NCBI GenBank assembly: GCA_040006935.1
Contig: JBDTVZ010000003.1
Span: forward strand, 139,988 to 203,987
DNA: 64,000 nt
DNA from: Candidatus Dojkabacteria bacterium
GTDB taxonomy: Bacteria > Patescibacteriota > Dojkabacteria > J137
Reading direction: 5' to 3'
The notes under the pieces were generated by a model. That model searched no databases. It was not told the origin of the DNA and was given only the letters and a program-made list of their open reading frames with translations. The position numbers and the translations under genes are program-made. Shown here in pieces: positions 30,014-40,074 of this stretch; positions within the stretch are counted from its first letter, which is position 1; each line of letters starts with the position of its first letter.

Positions 30014-30769
30014 CTATATTTCGCCCTTTTTCTTTTTCTCAGTTCTGAGCTTAATTCCAGTTATTATTAAAATAATAGCTAGAATAACTGTGAAAGCGCT
30101 GCCAAAGTCATCGCTGACACCAGTAACAGGTATGATTGTAGTCCCAGTAGTACTTCCGGTCGTTTGGTTCGGTGGAGGGGGAGGCGGTGTTGTCCCTGTC
30201 GTTCCGCCAGCAGTTGCAGTTTTTACCTGTACAGTAAGCTGGTTAGGTGTAAAAGCAACTCCAACTCCACTTTGTCTAATTAATCTACTTCCATTTACAT
30301 CCTGGAATATTTTTATAGTTGGGCTCCCTGCAGCTTGTGCTTGAAATTGTATTTCGGCAACATCTCTATTAACTTGAAAAGGATTCCCACTATCTACTTT
30401 AGCTATTAGAGTAATTCTACCATTCTGAGAAACTGTATTGTCAGTAGCAGGATCCGCCACAGTAAATATAGTATCTAATAGTTTAACTTGGGTACCGGTA
30501 GTGTTTGTGTCTTGATCAACAACTTGAAGCTTAGTTGAATCAAAATCGATAACTACTCGATACTCATTAATAGTTACGGTGTTTGTTTTAACTTCGACTG
30601 TAACTGTAAACTTCTCACCAACTTCTACAGATGTTTTGTCTGATCGTAAAAGCATGCTGGCAGTAACAGTACTACCACCGCTAACATCTATCGGTCCAAA
30701 CGTAGGCTGTGCAGCCGCATCTAGAGTTTGGGCTTTTACAATTGGAAATAAATTAATCAAATTGGACAC
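30014..30769 (-). CDS. Cohesin-like domain surface protein with LPxTG-like C-terminal anchor
   Basis: VEVGEKFTVTVEV..VIDFDSTKLQVVD..VAEIQFQAQAAG; T/G/P linker; IPVTG-TM-KKKK. Confidence 0.75.
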   Translation of the reverse strand: MSNLINLFPIVKAQTLDAAAQPTFGPIDVSGGSTVTASMLLRSDKTSVEVGEKFTVTVEVKTNTVTINEYRVVIDFDSTKLQVVDQDTNTTGTQVKLLDTIFTVADPATDNTVSQNGRITLIAKVDSGNPFQVNRDVAEIQFQAQAAGSPTIKIFQDVNGSRLIRQSGVGVAFTPNQLTVQVKTATAGGTTGTTPPPPPPNQTTGSTTGTTIIPVTGVSDDFGSAFTVILAIILIITGIKLRTEKKKKGEI

Positions 30770-30882
30770 AAAAAACTACCTCAAATATAAGTTTAATAAC
30801 ATTATACATTTTTTCGAAACTTGAGCCAGGGTTTTGGTTATAATTTAATAGTTTTTAGTTCATAGCTTTTAGTTTTTTAGAA

Positions 30883-31683
30883 ATGACTCATTTTAAAATA
30901 TCAGTTGTAATCGTTACTTATAATAGTGAAAACGACATTAGAGAATGTCTTGATAGTTTAAAAGATCAAACTTTTAAGGACTTCAATATTGTAGTTGTAG
31001 ACAATGCTTCGAAAGATGATACAGCTAAAATTGTAAAAGATAATTATGCTGATTTTGTGCATTTATTAGAATTGTCAGAGAATAGATTCCTAACAGGTGG
31101 AAATAATTATGGAATGAAATTTTGTATAGAAAATTTTGAATCGGAGTTTGTTTTAGTATTAAATCCCGATGTTAAATGTGAGAGTAACTTAATCGAATCT
31201 CTACTAGTCCCAATGTCTGATCCTATTGTTGGAGCTACTGGTCCAAAGGTAAAGTTCTATCGAAATCAAAATGAAGGTTTAATAAACTCGGCAGGCCTTC
31301 TCTTTGATGGTTTTAATCAAGCGTATGATATTGGTTTTATGGAAAAAGATGAGGGGCAATTTGATGAAGAAAAAACTGTATTTGGAGTAACCGGAACTGC
31401 AATTCTATTTAGATCCAGCATGCTTAAAGAGATTGGTTTTTATTGGGAGAAAATTAAACTTTATTTAGATGAAGTAGAAATGTTTATTCGTATGCAAAAA
31501 ACTGGTTGGAAAGTAATTTATACTCCAAAAACAACAATACACCATAAATATATGCAATCTACTGATAAAATGAAGCTAGGAAGAGTAGAAAAGGTAAAAA
31601 AAGAAGCTTGGCTATGGATTGCAATGAGGCACTATTCTTTAAGAGCAAAGCTAGCTATGATTAAATTATATTTGTTTAAATAA
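30883..31683 (+). CDS. GT2 glycosyltransferase (WbbL/RfbF-like)
   Basis: VVIVTYNS, VVDNASKD, LNPD, YLDEVE. Confidence 0.9.
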   Translation: MTHFKISVVIVTYNSENDIRECLDSLKDQTFKDFNIVVVDNASKDDTAKIVKDNYADFVHLLELSENRFLTGGNNYGMKFCIENFESEFVLVLNPDVKCESNLIESLLVPMSDPIVGATGPKVKFYRNQNEGLINSAGLLFDGFNQAYDIGFMEKDEGQFDEEKTVFGVTGTAILFRSSMLKEIGFYWEKIKLYLDEVEMFIRMQKTGWKVIYTPKTTIHHKYMQSTDKMKLGRVEKVKKEAWLWIAMRHYSLRAKLAMIKLYLFK

Positions 31684-31686
31684 ATT

Positions 31687-32655
31687 ATGGAGACGGCAAT
31701 TATCATAGTGAACTATAAAACTCCGTGGTATTTAAATAAGTGTTTAGAAAGTGTTTTCGAAAATACTTCGGACTTTCATATATTTATCGCCTTAAATTCT
31801 AACGATGAAGCGTCTTTAAAAGTAGTTAATAAATTTAAGAAAAAATATCCAAACGAAATTACTGTAATTGATAATAAGAAAAATTTAGGATTTGTGGGTG
31901 GTGTAAATTCTGCTTATTCACAAGCAATAAAATATGAACGAGTATGTTTATTAAATAGTGATACTATAGTAACGCCTGAATGGTTAATGGAGTTGAATAA
32001 AGTACTTGATGAAAATGATGATGTGGTGCAAGTGTCACCAGATTCAAATTCATTTTATGTTGATAAAAGTTTATGGAGATTTTCAAAATTACTGCCTCCT
32101 TTTTTAAGTAGATTGTCTTACTTGCAAATTTATACTAATTCACTCCCAGTTTCTACAAACTATGATGATCGTTTTAAAGAAATAAAATTTTATGAGTACA
32201 ATGAGTTCTATAAATTCTGTGCTGGTTTTTGTAATGTTTTCAAAAGTAAATACTTTAAAAATTTAGGATACTTTTGCGATCCAAACATAGTTCACGGTTA
32301 TTGGGACGATTTTGATTTATCAATGTATTTAAGAAAATTTGGAACTATTGGTTGGACCAACAGTTCTTACGTTTTTCATTATGTAAATATAAGTTTTAAT
32401 AAAATATCGGAAGAGAAAAAAGGAATGAAAGAAGAGTTGAATCTATTGAATGGATTATATGTAATGGATAAGTGGTCCAAGGAAGTTTTGGAAGGAATAA
32501 AAGAAATGGGACCAGAAGAATTAGAAGCAAGGCATGATTCCTATGTTGTAAATATGGCTTTAAAATATTTAGAACGTGTAAAAGAAGGTGCAAAATTTAC
32601 AGAGTATATTCAAACAATTCCGGCAAAATCAATTGGTGAAAAATTCCTAGGTTAA
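31687..32655 (+). CDS. GT2 glycosyltransferase
   Basis: IIIVNY, NLGFVGGVN, LLNSDT, GYWDDFD. Confidence 0.88.
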   Translation: METAIIIVNYKTPWYLNKCLESVFENTSDFHIFIALNSNDEASLKVVNKFKKKYPNEITVIDNKKNLGFVGGVNSAYSQAIKYERVCLLNSDTIVTPEWLMELNKVLDENDDVVQVSPDSNSFYVDKSLWRFSKLLPPFLSRLSYLQIYTNSLPVSTNYDDRFKEIKFYEYNEFYKFCAGFCNVFKSKYFKNLGYFCDPNIVHGYWDDFDLSMYLRKFGTIGWTNSSYVFHYVNISFNKISEEKKGMKEELNLLNGLYVMDKWSKEVLEGIKEMGPEELEARHDSYVVNMALKYLERVKEGAKFTEYIQTIPAKSIGEKFLG

Positions 32656-34073
32656 GGTCTTACGATATAAACATTATTATCAAAGTTCACAACTTCGCTA
32701 CCTTTCAATTCTTTGAAAAAATCTTCAGATCTTTCAGAACTTTTCTTAAAAATATAAACAGCTTTTTCTTTATTATTAAAAGCATCGTCTACTCCGAAAA
32801 TTGTTGCATTATTTAAATCTCGGTTCGCAAAATATATTACTTCTGGAACATCTGCATAAATTTTTTCATCTGCTTTTACATAACTCCTTAACCAATCTCC
32901 AGCTTCAGTGATTCCAGGTTCTATTTGGCTTCGAGTTTGCTGATTAAAAATTAAACCACCTCGTGTAAATATTAGTCCTGAAAATATTACCTGCAAAATA
33001 CAAATCATAATTATGATTAGTGAACTTTCAATTCTTGATTTAAGACCCACTAATATCTCATTGAAAAATAAACAAATAGAAATTATTGCTAATGGAATCA
33101 CTGTTATGAAATATCTCATCAAGCCTGCTGTTCCAAATAAACCAAATTTCCAAAATAAAACTTGGAGAAGAAAAAATAATGAAAATGAAAATATAATCCC
33201 AAATTCAATCCATTTTTTATTTCTAAAATATTTAAAAATATAAACAGCTGAAATCATAAATAAAGTAATAATCAACGGGTCTAGTTTAAAAAATCCTTCA
33301 AGATAATATGGATAACCACCATGACCGTATTTACCTACGGTTAAAGGATATCCACTATCGATAATATAAAAAATTCTTCCAGTCATTAGAAATCCGAAGA
33401 AGTCCCATATAATAGTCGGCAATAATAATAAAATGAGATTTAAGAAATATGATTTAAAATTTATGAATTTCTTAAGTCTTAAATCATAAATCAAATAAAC
33501 TATGAATATCACAACAAAGAATAAGCCTTCAATTCTAACCAAAGGTAATAATCCAAACATTAAACTCGAAAGTTTGAATTTTTTCTTTAATAGAAAATAA
33601 ATTCCAGCAATTAAAAATAATGCAAAAATTGGTTCTGTCATAATGCTTAAGCTTCCTCTTAGCATGAGGAAGGAAAAATTAGTAAGAACTAGTCCTAGAA
33701 TTTGTATTTGGAAATTACATTTAAGCACTTCTAAAATTTTAAGTACCAAATAGCTTGTCAGTAAAGTTAATAAAATAGTAAGTATTTGCACTGGAAAAAG
33801 ATTCGTAATACCAAATACCATTATCACTAAACCGTAAAGATAAATATAGCCAGGTTTTGACCAAACACCAATTCCGATATTTAAATTATGAGGAAAGTTT
33901 GTAAATAAAGTTTTAGCCTCTAGGAAATGCATATACTCATCTGCTTCCCATCCAAAACCATTTAATTTGGTAAGCAAGAATATTTTAACTAGAAAAATTC
34001 CACAGAGAATAAGTAAGATGATTAAAGACTTATTTCTTAACAATTGTTTTGTAAATTTAAGTTGCTGAATCAT
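32652..34073 (-). CDS. GT-C (ArnT/PMT-like) integral membrane glycosyltransferase
   Basis: WEADEYMH after TM1, MTEPIF, VRIEG, MRYFITVIP; many TMs. Confidence 0.75.
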   Translation of the reverse strand: MIQQLKFTKQLLRNKSLIILLILCGIFLVKIFLLTKLNGFGWEADEYMHFLEAKTLFTNFPHNLNIGIGVWSKPGYIYLYGLVIMVFGITNLFPVQILTILLTLLTSYLVLKILEVLKCNFQIQILGLVLTNFSFLMLRGSLSIMTEPIFALFLIAGIYFLLKKKFKLSSLMFGLLPLVRIEGLFFVVIFIVYLIYDLRLKKFINFKSYFLNLILLLLPTIIWDFFGFLMTGRIFYIIDSGYPLTVGKYGHGGYPYYLEGFFKLDPLIITLFMISAVYIFKYFRNKKWIEFGIIFSFSLFFLLQVLFWKFGLFGTAGLMRYFITVIPLAIISICLFFNEILVGLKSRIESSLIIIMICILQVIFSGLIFTRGGLIFNQQTRSQIEPGITEAGDWLRSYVKADEKIYADVPEVIYFANRDLNNATIFGVDDAFNNKEKAVYIFKKSSERSEDFFKELKGSEVVNFDNNVYIVRP

Positions 34074-34147
34074 CTATTAATTGAGTACATTTTTGTGGTG
34101 AAAGATAGTAAAATTACCTCTATTCAATCAATTTTAACATTAAATTA

Positions 34148-34879
34148 ATGAGCAAATTATCAATTGTAATTCCTGTATGGAACGAAGAAAGAACTCTCGA
34201 AGAACTTGTGAGAAAGGTTTATTCAGTAGATCTTCCAAGAAACTTTGAAAAAGAATTTGTAATTGTTAATGATGGTTCTAAAGATAAGTCATGGCAGATA
34301 ATGCTAAAACTTGCTACTGAATTAAAAAATGTAAAAGCAATTCAAAATGAAAAAAATATGGGGAAATCTCAAACAGTTCGGAATGGAATCTTAAAAACAA
34401 CTGGAGAATTCGTAATTATTCAAGATGCAGATTTAGAATACGATCCAAATGAAATTCAAAATTTGCTAAAGCTTGCTTTAGATAAAAATCTAGACGTAGT
34501 TTATGGAAATCGATTTGGTAAAGATAACAAAGTAATCTACTGGTTAAATTATATTGGCAATAGATTTCTTTCAGTATTTTCAAATGTCTTTACTCTTCCA
34601 CGAGTTAAAGTTTGGATTCCAGATATGGAAGTTTGTTATAAATTAGTTAAGGGAGATGTTTTTAGAGAAATTGCAAAAGATATTACAGCGAAATCGACTT
34701 TTGGATTGGAACCAGAAGTTACAGCAAAACTTTCGAAATATAAAGAAAACGGAAAACATTTAAAATTTGGAATTGTTCCAATTAGTTACTTCCCGAGAAG
34801 TATGGCTGAGGGAAAGAAAATGCATGCAGTCAAAGATGGATTAAAAGCAATGGTGGAAATAATAAAATATAACCTATAA
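34148..34879 (+). CDS. GT2 polyprenol-phosphate glycosyltransferase (DPM1-like)
   Basis: IPVWNEE, NDGSKD, IQDADLEYDP, DMEVCYK. Confidence 0.9.
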   Translation: MSKLSIVIPVWNEERTLEELVRKVYSVDLPRNFEKEFVIVNDGSKDKSWQIMLKLATELKNVKAIQNEKNMGKSQTVRNGILKTTGEFVIIQDADLEYDPNEIQNLLKLALDKNLDVVYGNRFGKDNKVIYWLNYIGNRFLSVFSNVFTLPRVKVWIPDMEVCYKLVKGDVFREIAKDITAKSTFGLEPEVTAKLSKYKENGKHLKFGIVPISYFPRSMAEGKKMHAVKDGLKAMVEIIKYNL

Positions 34880-34881
34880 TC

Positions 34882-35601
34882 ATGAGTATTAAATCTAATG
34901 ATAAAATCTACGTAATCATTCCGGCTTTTAACGAAGAACCTGTCATCTCTCAAGTTATTAAATCTGTTCAACAAGAAGGCTTTGAAAACATAATTGTTGT
35001 AAACGATGGTAGTTTTGATAATACCTCAACCGTTGCAAAAGAAACTGGTTGTATAGTTTTAGATCATTTAGTTAATCGAGGAAAAGGTGCAGCAACACAA
35101 ACAGGAATGGATGCTGCAAAACTTCTAGATGCAGATTACGCCGTGACTTTAGATGCTGACGGTCAGCATAACCCTGCAGACATTCATGAAATTCTAAAAC
35201 CCTTATTAAGTAAAGAAGTGGATGTCTCTCTCGGGAGTAGGTTCTTAAGTAAGCAGCCCATTCCTTTTTCAAGAGTTTTTGCAAACAAAGTTGGTAATTT
35301 AATTACGTTTTTATTCTACGGTATTCATGTATCAGACAGTCAGTCGGGATTCCGTGGATATAATACCAAAGCTTTAAAAACAATTTACACAACTTTTGAT
35401 CGATATGAATTTGAATCCGAAATAATTCATCAAATAAATATTCATCAATTAAAATATAAAGAAGTTCCAATTACGGTTTCATACTCAAATTATTCTCAAA
35501 ATAAATGGAAGAATATAAACAAAGGGACTCAAGTTTCGCAAACATTTCTTAATGGTTTCAATATGCTTTTTAGAATGATTATTAGAAGTATTACAACATG
35601 A
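34882..35601 (+). CDS. GT2 polyprenol-phosphate glycosyltransferase (DPM1-like)
   Basis: IPAFNEE, NRGKGAA, DADGQHNP, DSQSGFR. Confidence 0.9.
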   Translation: MSIKSNDKIYVIIPAFNEEPVISQVIKSVQQEGFENIIVVNDGSFDNTSTVAKETGCIVLDHLVNRGKGAATQTGMDAAKLLDADYAVTLDADGQHNPADIHEILKPLLSKEVDVSLGSRFLSKQPIPFSRVFANKVGNLITFLFYGIHVSDSQSGFRGYNTKALKTIYTTFDRYEFESEIIHQINIHQLKYKEVPITVSYSNYSQNKWKNINKGTQVSQTFLNGFNMLFRMIIRSITT

Positions 35602-35945
35602 CAGAAATATTTACTTATCAAATTATAGTTCTAATAGTTTGCGCACTATTAGTTTTGAGAACAATTTATTATTTTCTAAAAGGAATAAAATCTTTTAGAG
35701 AAGTAATTCTAGCAATTATAATTTGGGGAACATTTAGTTTAGTTAGTTTATTTCCTGTTGTTCTTCAAGACTTTGCACATTTACTTGGTTTTCAGCTTGG
35801 AGTTAATGCTGTATTAGTAATCTCAACTATAATCATTTTCTTCCTACTCTTAAGACTAATTGTTCGTGCAGATACACAAGAAATGATAATTACAAGATTA
35901 GTTAGAAGTTTAGCGTTAGAAGATTTAATGAAAAATAAGAATTAA
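35598..35945 (+). CDS. DUF2304-like small membrane protein
   Basis: 3 TMs ending ITRLVRSLAL; overlaps stop of upstream DPM-like GT2. Confidence 0.75.
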   Translation: MTEIFTYQIIVLIVCALLVLRTIYYFLKGIKSFREVILAIIIWGTFSLVSLFPVVLQDFAHLLGFQLGVNAVLVISTIIIFFLLLRLIVRADTQEMIITRLVRSLALEDLMKNKN

Positions 35946-35954
35946 TTTCTAACT

Positions 35955-37100
35955 ATGGAAAAGATTGCTCTGGTTCTATATTATTACCAACCGTACGTAA
36001 GCGGACTTAGCAAATATGCCCAGACGATTGCAGAGGAACTTGCTGCCTCCGGAAATTACGAAGTGACTGTAATTACTTCCAAATATGAATCTTCAATTTC
36101 TCCCAACGAAACTATCAATAATGTAAAAGTATTAAGAAAGAAAGTATGGTTGAGTTTTGGGAAAGGAGTAATTGCGCCTGGAATAATTTGGGAATTATTT
36201 AAAAAAAGAAATAAATTCGATAAGGTTTTTGTTTTTGTTCCTTTTGGTGAGGCTGGAATAATCCCATTGGTTATAAATAAAAACAAACTATTTTCATTTT
36301 ATGTTTGCGATATAAATCTAGGAAAAAGTTTTATTATGAAGATAGTGGAAAAAATATCTTTTTTGTCAGCGAGAGTTTTATTAAATCGTTCTAAAAAAAT
36401 AATTCCTCTAAGTGACGACTACATGTTTCATTCAAGGATATTTAAGGAAAATGATAAGTCTAAGGTAATTTCATTATTTCCAAAAATAGAAGAGCCAGAT
36501 TTATCCGTTACAAAAGATCAAGTTGCTCAATACAAGTCTAGATACGGAATAAAAGAAAATGATTTTGTAGTTGGATTTTTAGGAAGAATAGTTTTTGAAA
36601 AAGGAATTGAATACTTAATTGATACAGTACCTCTACTCAAAGACAAAATAAAAAATCTTAAAATATTCATCGGTGGGGATTATAAAAACGTTCGAGGTGG
36701 AAGTGTATACGATAATTTAAAAGATAAAATAGAAAGTTATAAAGAAAATATTATTGTTACTGGATTTGTACTCGAGGAAGAAAAATCTTTATTTCTCCAT
36801 AGTTCAAATGTTTTTGTTCTTCCAAGTATTGATCCATTGGAGGCTTTTGGAATTGTTCAAGTTGAATCCATGATATGCGATGTTCCAGTAATTGCATCCT
36901 CTCTATTTGGTGTGAGAGAAGTTGTTAACAATACTAAATTTGGTTTCCTGGCTTCCCCAAAATCATCGGAGGAGCTTGCCGAAAAAATTATGCAAGTTTA
37001 TGAAAATGCTGATAAACTAAAGCCGTACAAGGATGAATATAAAAAATATTATTCGAATGAAATTTGGAAAAAACAATTATATAAAATTTTAGCTAATTAA
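35955..37100 (+). CDS. GT4 glycosyltransferase
   Basis: YYQPYVSGL, GRIVFEKG, EAFGIVQVES. Confidence 0.9.
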   Translation: MEKIALVLYYYQPYVSGLSKYAQTIAEELAASGNYEVTVITSKYESSISPNETINNVKVLRKKVWLSFGKGVIAPGIIWELFKKRNKFDKVFVFVPFGEAGIIPLVINKNKLFSFYVCDINLGKSFIMKIVEKISFLSARVLLNRSKKIIPLSDDYMFHSRIFKENDKSKVISLFPKIEEPDLSVTKDQVAQYKSRYGIKENDFVVGFLGRIVFEKGIEYLIDTVPLLKDKIKNLKIFIGGDYKNVRGGSVYDNLKDKIESYKENIIVTGFVLEEEKSLFLHSSNVFVLPSIDPLEAFGIVQVESMICDVPVIASSLFGVREVVNNTKFGFLASPKSSEELAEKIMQVYENADKLKPYKDEYKKYYSNEIWKKQLYKILAN

Positions 37101-37102
37101 CT

Positions 37103-37804
37103 ATGCAGTTTGTTAAAGAAGATCAAAAATATTTTAACTCAAAGTATTTCAATAATAATGGTCAAAGCGGAGATAGATTAGCTCTTCAATTTTACTTTGA
37201 TATTCTAAAAAATTATTTAAAAGACGGAAAAGTTTTTGAATTTGGTTGTGGTGAGGGATATTTGTCTAAAAGAATTGCAACTAAATTTGATAGTTATGCG
37301 TACGATTTATCTGAATACTGTAGAAATAAAACCAAAGAGATTTCACCAAAATCTACAATAATAAATGCTGAAGCTGATTTCCCCTCAGATTCTTTTAATG
37401 CAGTGGTTACTCTTCATACATTAGAACATGTCCCAAATCCGCCGGAAACATTAGCTCTATTAAACAAATCCTTAAAAGTAGGAGGAATATTATTATTTGT
37501 TGTCCCTAACCCAAATGGATTAGGCCATAAAATAAAAAGAGAGAAATGGTTTGGATATAGAGATACTACACATATTTCCATGTATGAAAGTAGCAAATGG
37601 AAAGAGTTAGTTAAGTCATCAGGGTTTGAAATTGTAAAAACGGCATCTGATGGATTCTGGGATGTTCCCTATGTAAAATATCTTCCAAATATCCTACAAA
37701 AATTAATCTTTTTCCCAAGTGCTGGAATACAAGTTATTCTAAAAAGACTCTTCTTACCCGATTGGTTTGGAGAAGATTTAATTATGGTTGCAAGAAAGAA
37801 ATGA
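37103..37804 (+). CDS. Class I SAM-dependent methyltransferase
   Basis: FEFGCGEG, HTLEHVPNP. Confidence 0.88.
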   Translation: MQFVKEDQKYFNSKYFNNNGQSGDRLALQFYFDILKNYLKDGKVFEFGCGEGYLSKRIATKFDSYAYDLSEYCRNKTKEISPKSTIINAEADFPSDSFNAVVTLHTLEHVPNPPETLALLNKSLKVGGILLFVVPNPNGLGHKIKREKWFGYRDTTHISMYESSKWKELVKSSGFEIVKTASDGFWDVPYVKYLPNILQKLIFFPSAGIQVILKRLFLPDWFGEDLIMVARKK

Positions 37805-38181
37805 AAAAAAAATCTATGTTCACACTAATCGATATCATTCTCTTTATATCCATTACAATAATTGCATCTATTGCAAATGTATTATTAAAAATTGGATCCG
37901 GTAAATTTATTTCGTATATTAATCCTGTACAATTCGTAACAGACAACCTCACAATACTTTTGGGTTATGTTTTGTATCTTATTCCTTTATTTCTAACAGT
38001 TATGTTATATAAAAAATTTAAGGTGAGTTTAGTTCAAACTGTGGCAGCAAGTGTTTATATTCTGACTCCATCATTGGCTGTAATCGTAGGGGTGGAAAAT
38101 TTAAATATTTATAAAGTAATAGGAATTGGATTAATAACCACGGCAGTGATTTATATAGTAAATTTAAGCTCTAAAGAATAA
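37801..38181 (+). CDS. SMR/EamA-like 4-TM protein (ArnE/ArnF-like flippase subunit)
   Basis: ANVLLKIG, VGVENLNIYKVIGIGLI; ATG overlaps upstream stop. Confidence 0.65.
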   Translation: MKKKSMFTLIDIILFISITIIASIANVLLKIGSGKFISYINPVQFVTDNLTILLGYVLYLIPLFLTVMLYKKFKVSLVQTVAASVYILTPSLAVIVGVENLNIYKVIGIGLITTAVIYIVNLSSKE

Positions 38182-38522
38182 TGCAAATACTGGATATCTT
38201 ATTAATAATTATTGATGTGAGTATTACCTCTCTAGGTGGAGTATTCCTCAAAGTAGGGGCTACTCGCAAAAATTTATTGGTGAAGCTTTTCTTTGTTGGC
38301 TTAGGAATTGGGATTTATCTTGGAATGTCCTTCATTACAGTCTTCCTATATTCAAAATATAGCATTGTTTTCGTACAAACAGCATTAGCTTTTACATATG
38401 TGACAACTCCTCTATTTGCAATGATTTTTCTTAAAGAAAAGGCTAGTAAAAAGATATTTCTTGGTCTATTGCTAATTGTAATAGGTGTGTTCTTTGTTAG
38501 TTATGGAAACTCTATAAACTAG
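38181..38522 (+). CDS. SMR/EamA-like 4-TM protein (ArnE/ArnF-like flippase subunit)
   Basis: GGVFLKVG, FLKEKASKKIFLGLLLIVIGV. Confidence 0.7.
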   Translation: MQILDILLIIIDVSITSLGGVFLKVGATRKNLLVKLFFVGLGIGIYLGMSFITVFLYSKYSIVFVQTALAFTYVTTPLFAMIFLKEKASKKIFLGLLLIVIGVFFVSYGNSIN

Positions 38523-38538
38523 TTCTTCTGCTTTGGAA

Positions 38539-39390
38539 TTAAATCTTAAATGCCAGTATTCCCAACATATAAAATCCCCAAATAACTACTAAAGTAATTA
38601 GCGGTTTGCTTTTAAATAAAGCAGACACAGGATCCTCTACTAGCTCTCCTGAAAATAATTCATAGAAATAAAGCATGAATCCTAGTACAACAAAAACTAT
38701 AGAAAGTTCAAAGGCCAAGCTTTTGGTAGTAGTGTATAAAGAATAGAACAAAATCGTGCTGAAAGAGGCAAGAGTGAGTACATATTTCAGAAAGTCATTA
38801 GTGTAGTGTTCCAGAACTTTTCTACTAGAACTGCCATTATTTGCCAGTTCCGCGTATCTTTTCCCTGAGCCTAGGAATAAAGCAAAGAAAAATGTTGTTA
38901 ATAAAATCCACGAAGACAAATCTACACCTGTCACAATACCTCCTGCCAACACTCTGATAATGTAGAATACTGCGAGAACAATAATATCCACTACAGCGAC
39001 ATGTTTTAAGTAAGTAGTATAAAGAATGTTGAGTATTAAATAGGTCACTAGAATCAAAACAAAGCTTGTTTCTAAATATAATGCAATAAAGATTGAAATT
39101 ATCAAAAGAATAGCTGCTAAAACCCAAGCAAATGATACACTTATAATATTTGCAGCAATTGGTCGAGTTTTCTTTTTAGAATGTTTACGATCACTTTCAA
39201 CATCTCTAATATCATTGAAAATATAAACTGTGCTTGCCATTAGCGAAAAACTTACGAATGCAAGAATATTAACTAAGTCTTTATTGAAATGTATAAATTC
39301 ACCAGAAAATATTAAAGGAAGGAATAAGAATCCATTCTTAACCCACTGGTGAACTCTCATTAATTTTAGAATGCTTTTTAATTTCTTCAT
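38539..39390 (-). CDS. UbiA-family polyprenyl-phosphate phosphoribosyltransferase (DPPR synthase-like)
   Basis: RVHQWVKN, YIFNDIRDVESDRKHSKKKTRPIAA, LKHVAVVD, KRYAEL, EDP. Confidence 0.88.
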   Translation of the reverse strand: MKKLKSILKLMRVHQWVKNGFLFLPLIFSGEFIHFNKDLVNILAFVSFSLMASTVYIFNDIRDVESDRKHSKKKTRPIAANIISVSFAWVLAAILLIISIFIALYLETSFVLILVTYLILNILYTTYLKHVAVVDIIVLAVFYIIRVLAGGIVTGVDLSSWILLTTFFFALFLGSGKRYAELANNGSSSRKVLEHYTNDFLKYVLTLASFSTILFYSLYTTTKSLAFELSIVFVVLGFMLYFYELFSGELVEDPVSALFKSKPLITLVVIWGFYMLGILAFKI

Positions 39391-39881
39391 ATAATTGTGA
39401 TATTTAAAGTACCGACAATTATACCTAAACATATGCTAAATAGCACATCTGATGCGTAATGATGTTTTAGAGTTATTCTTGAAAGTGCAACTAGGAATGC
39501 ATAACATGTCACCACAATCCCAAGATAAAAATTCAAGTTAAAGCACAATGGTAAGATTTGGAATGCTGTAAATGTATGTGCTGATGGAAACGAATATTGA
39601 TCGGGTCCAAGTCCAGTAAGTCTTTTCAAATGAGATTTACTAGGCTCTACCGGCCTTGTTCGTTTGATAATTCTTTTTAATATGAAAATAAAAATATCTG
39701 CAATAAAGAACACTACAATATTCAAAAGAATAGTATTATTCAAAAATACGAAGTTGATAAACAAAAAGAAAATATAAGTTATTTTTGGGTTAATCGAAAA
39801 AATTAGAATTAAATTTCTAATTTTTGATTTCCTTAAAAACTCTGTTTTTTCAAATACAAAATTGTCTAATTCGTTGATCAT
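39387..39881 (-). CDS. PAP2-family phosphatase
   Basis: KRIIKRTRP, SFPSAH, SRITLKHHYASDV. Confidence 0.9.
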   Translation of the reverse strand: MINELDNFVFEKTEFLRKSKIRNLILIFSINPKITYIFFLFINFVFLNNTILLNIVVFFIADIFIFILKRIIKRTRPVEPSKSHLKRLTGLGPDQYSFPSAHTFTAFQILPLCFNLNFYLGIVVTCYAFLVALSRITLKHHYASDVLFSICLGIIVGTLNITII

Positions 39882-39882
39882 A

Positions 39883-40074
39883 TTATAAAGCAGTTCTACC
39901 CATAATCAGATTAAGCAAATCTTTAACACTTATCAAAGCTACTTTTATCCCATGTACTTTATCTGGAGTAAGTGCAAAAACAAAATAATCTATAAAGAAA
40001 ATTAAAAATACGATTAATATTAGTGACTCTATAACTATTTTATTTTGGACTAGTTTTTTAAATATTTGTTTCAT
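39883..40074 (-). CDS. Small single-TM hypothetical protein
   Basis: Fills the gap between GT-C and PAP2 in the same orientation; probable start MKQIF. Confidence 0.5.
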   Translation of the reverse strand: MKQIFKKLVQNKIVIESLILIVFLIFFIDYFVFALTPDKVHGIKVALISVKDLLNLIMGRTAL

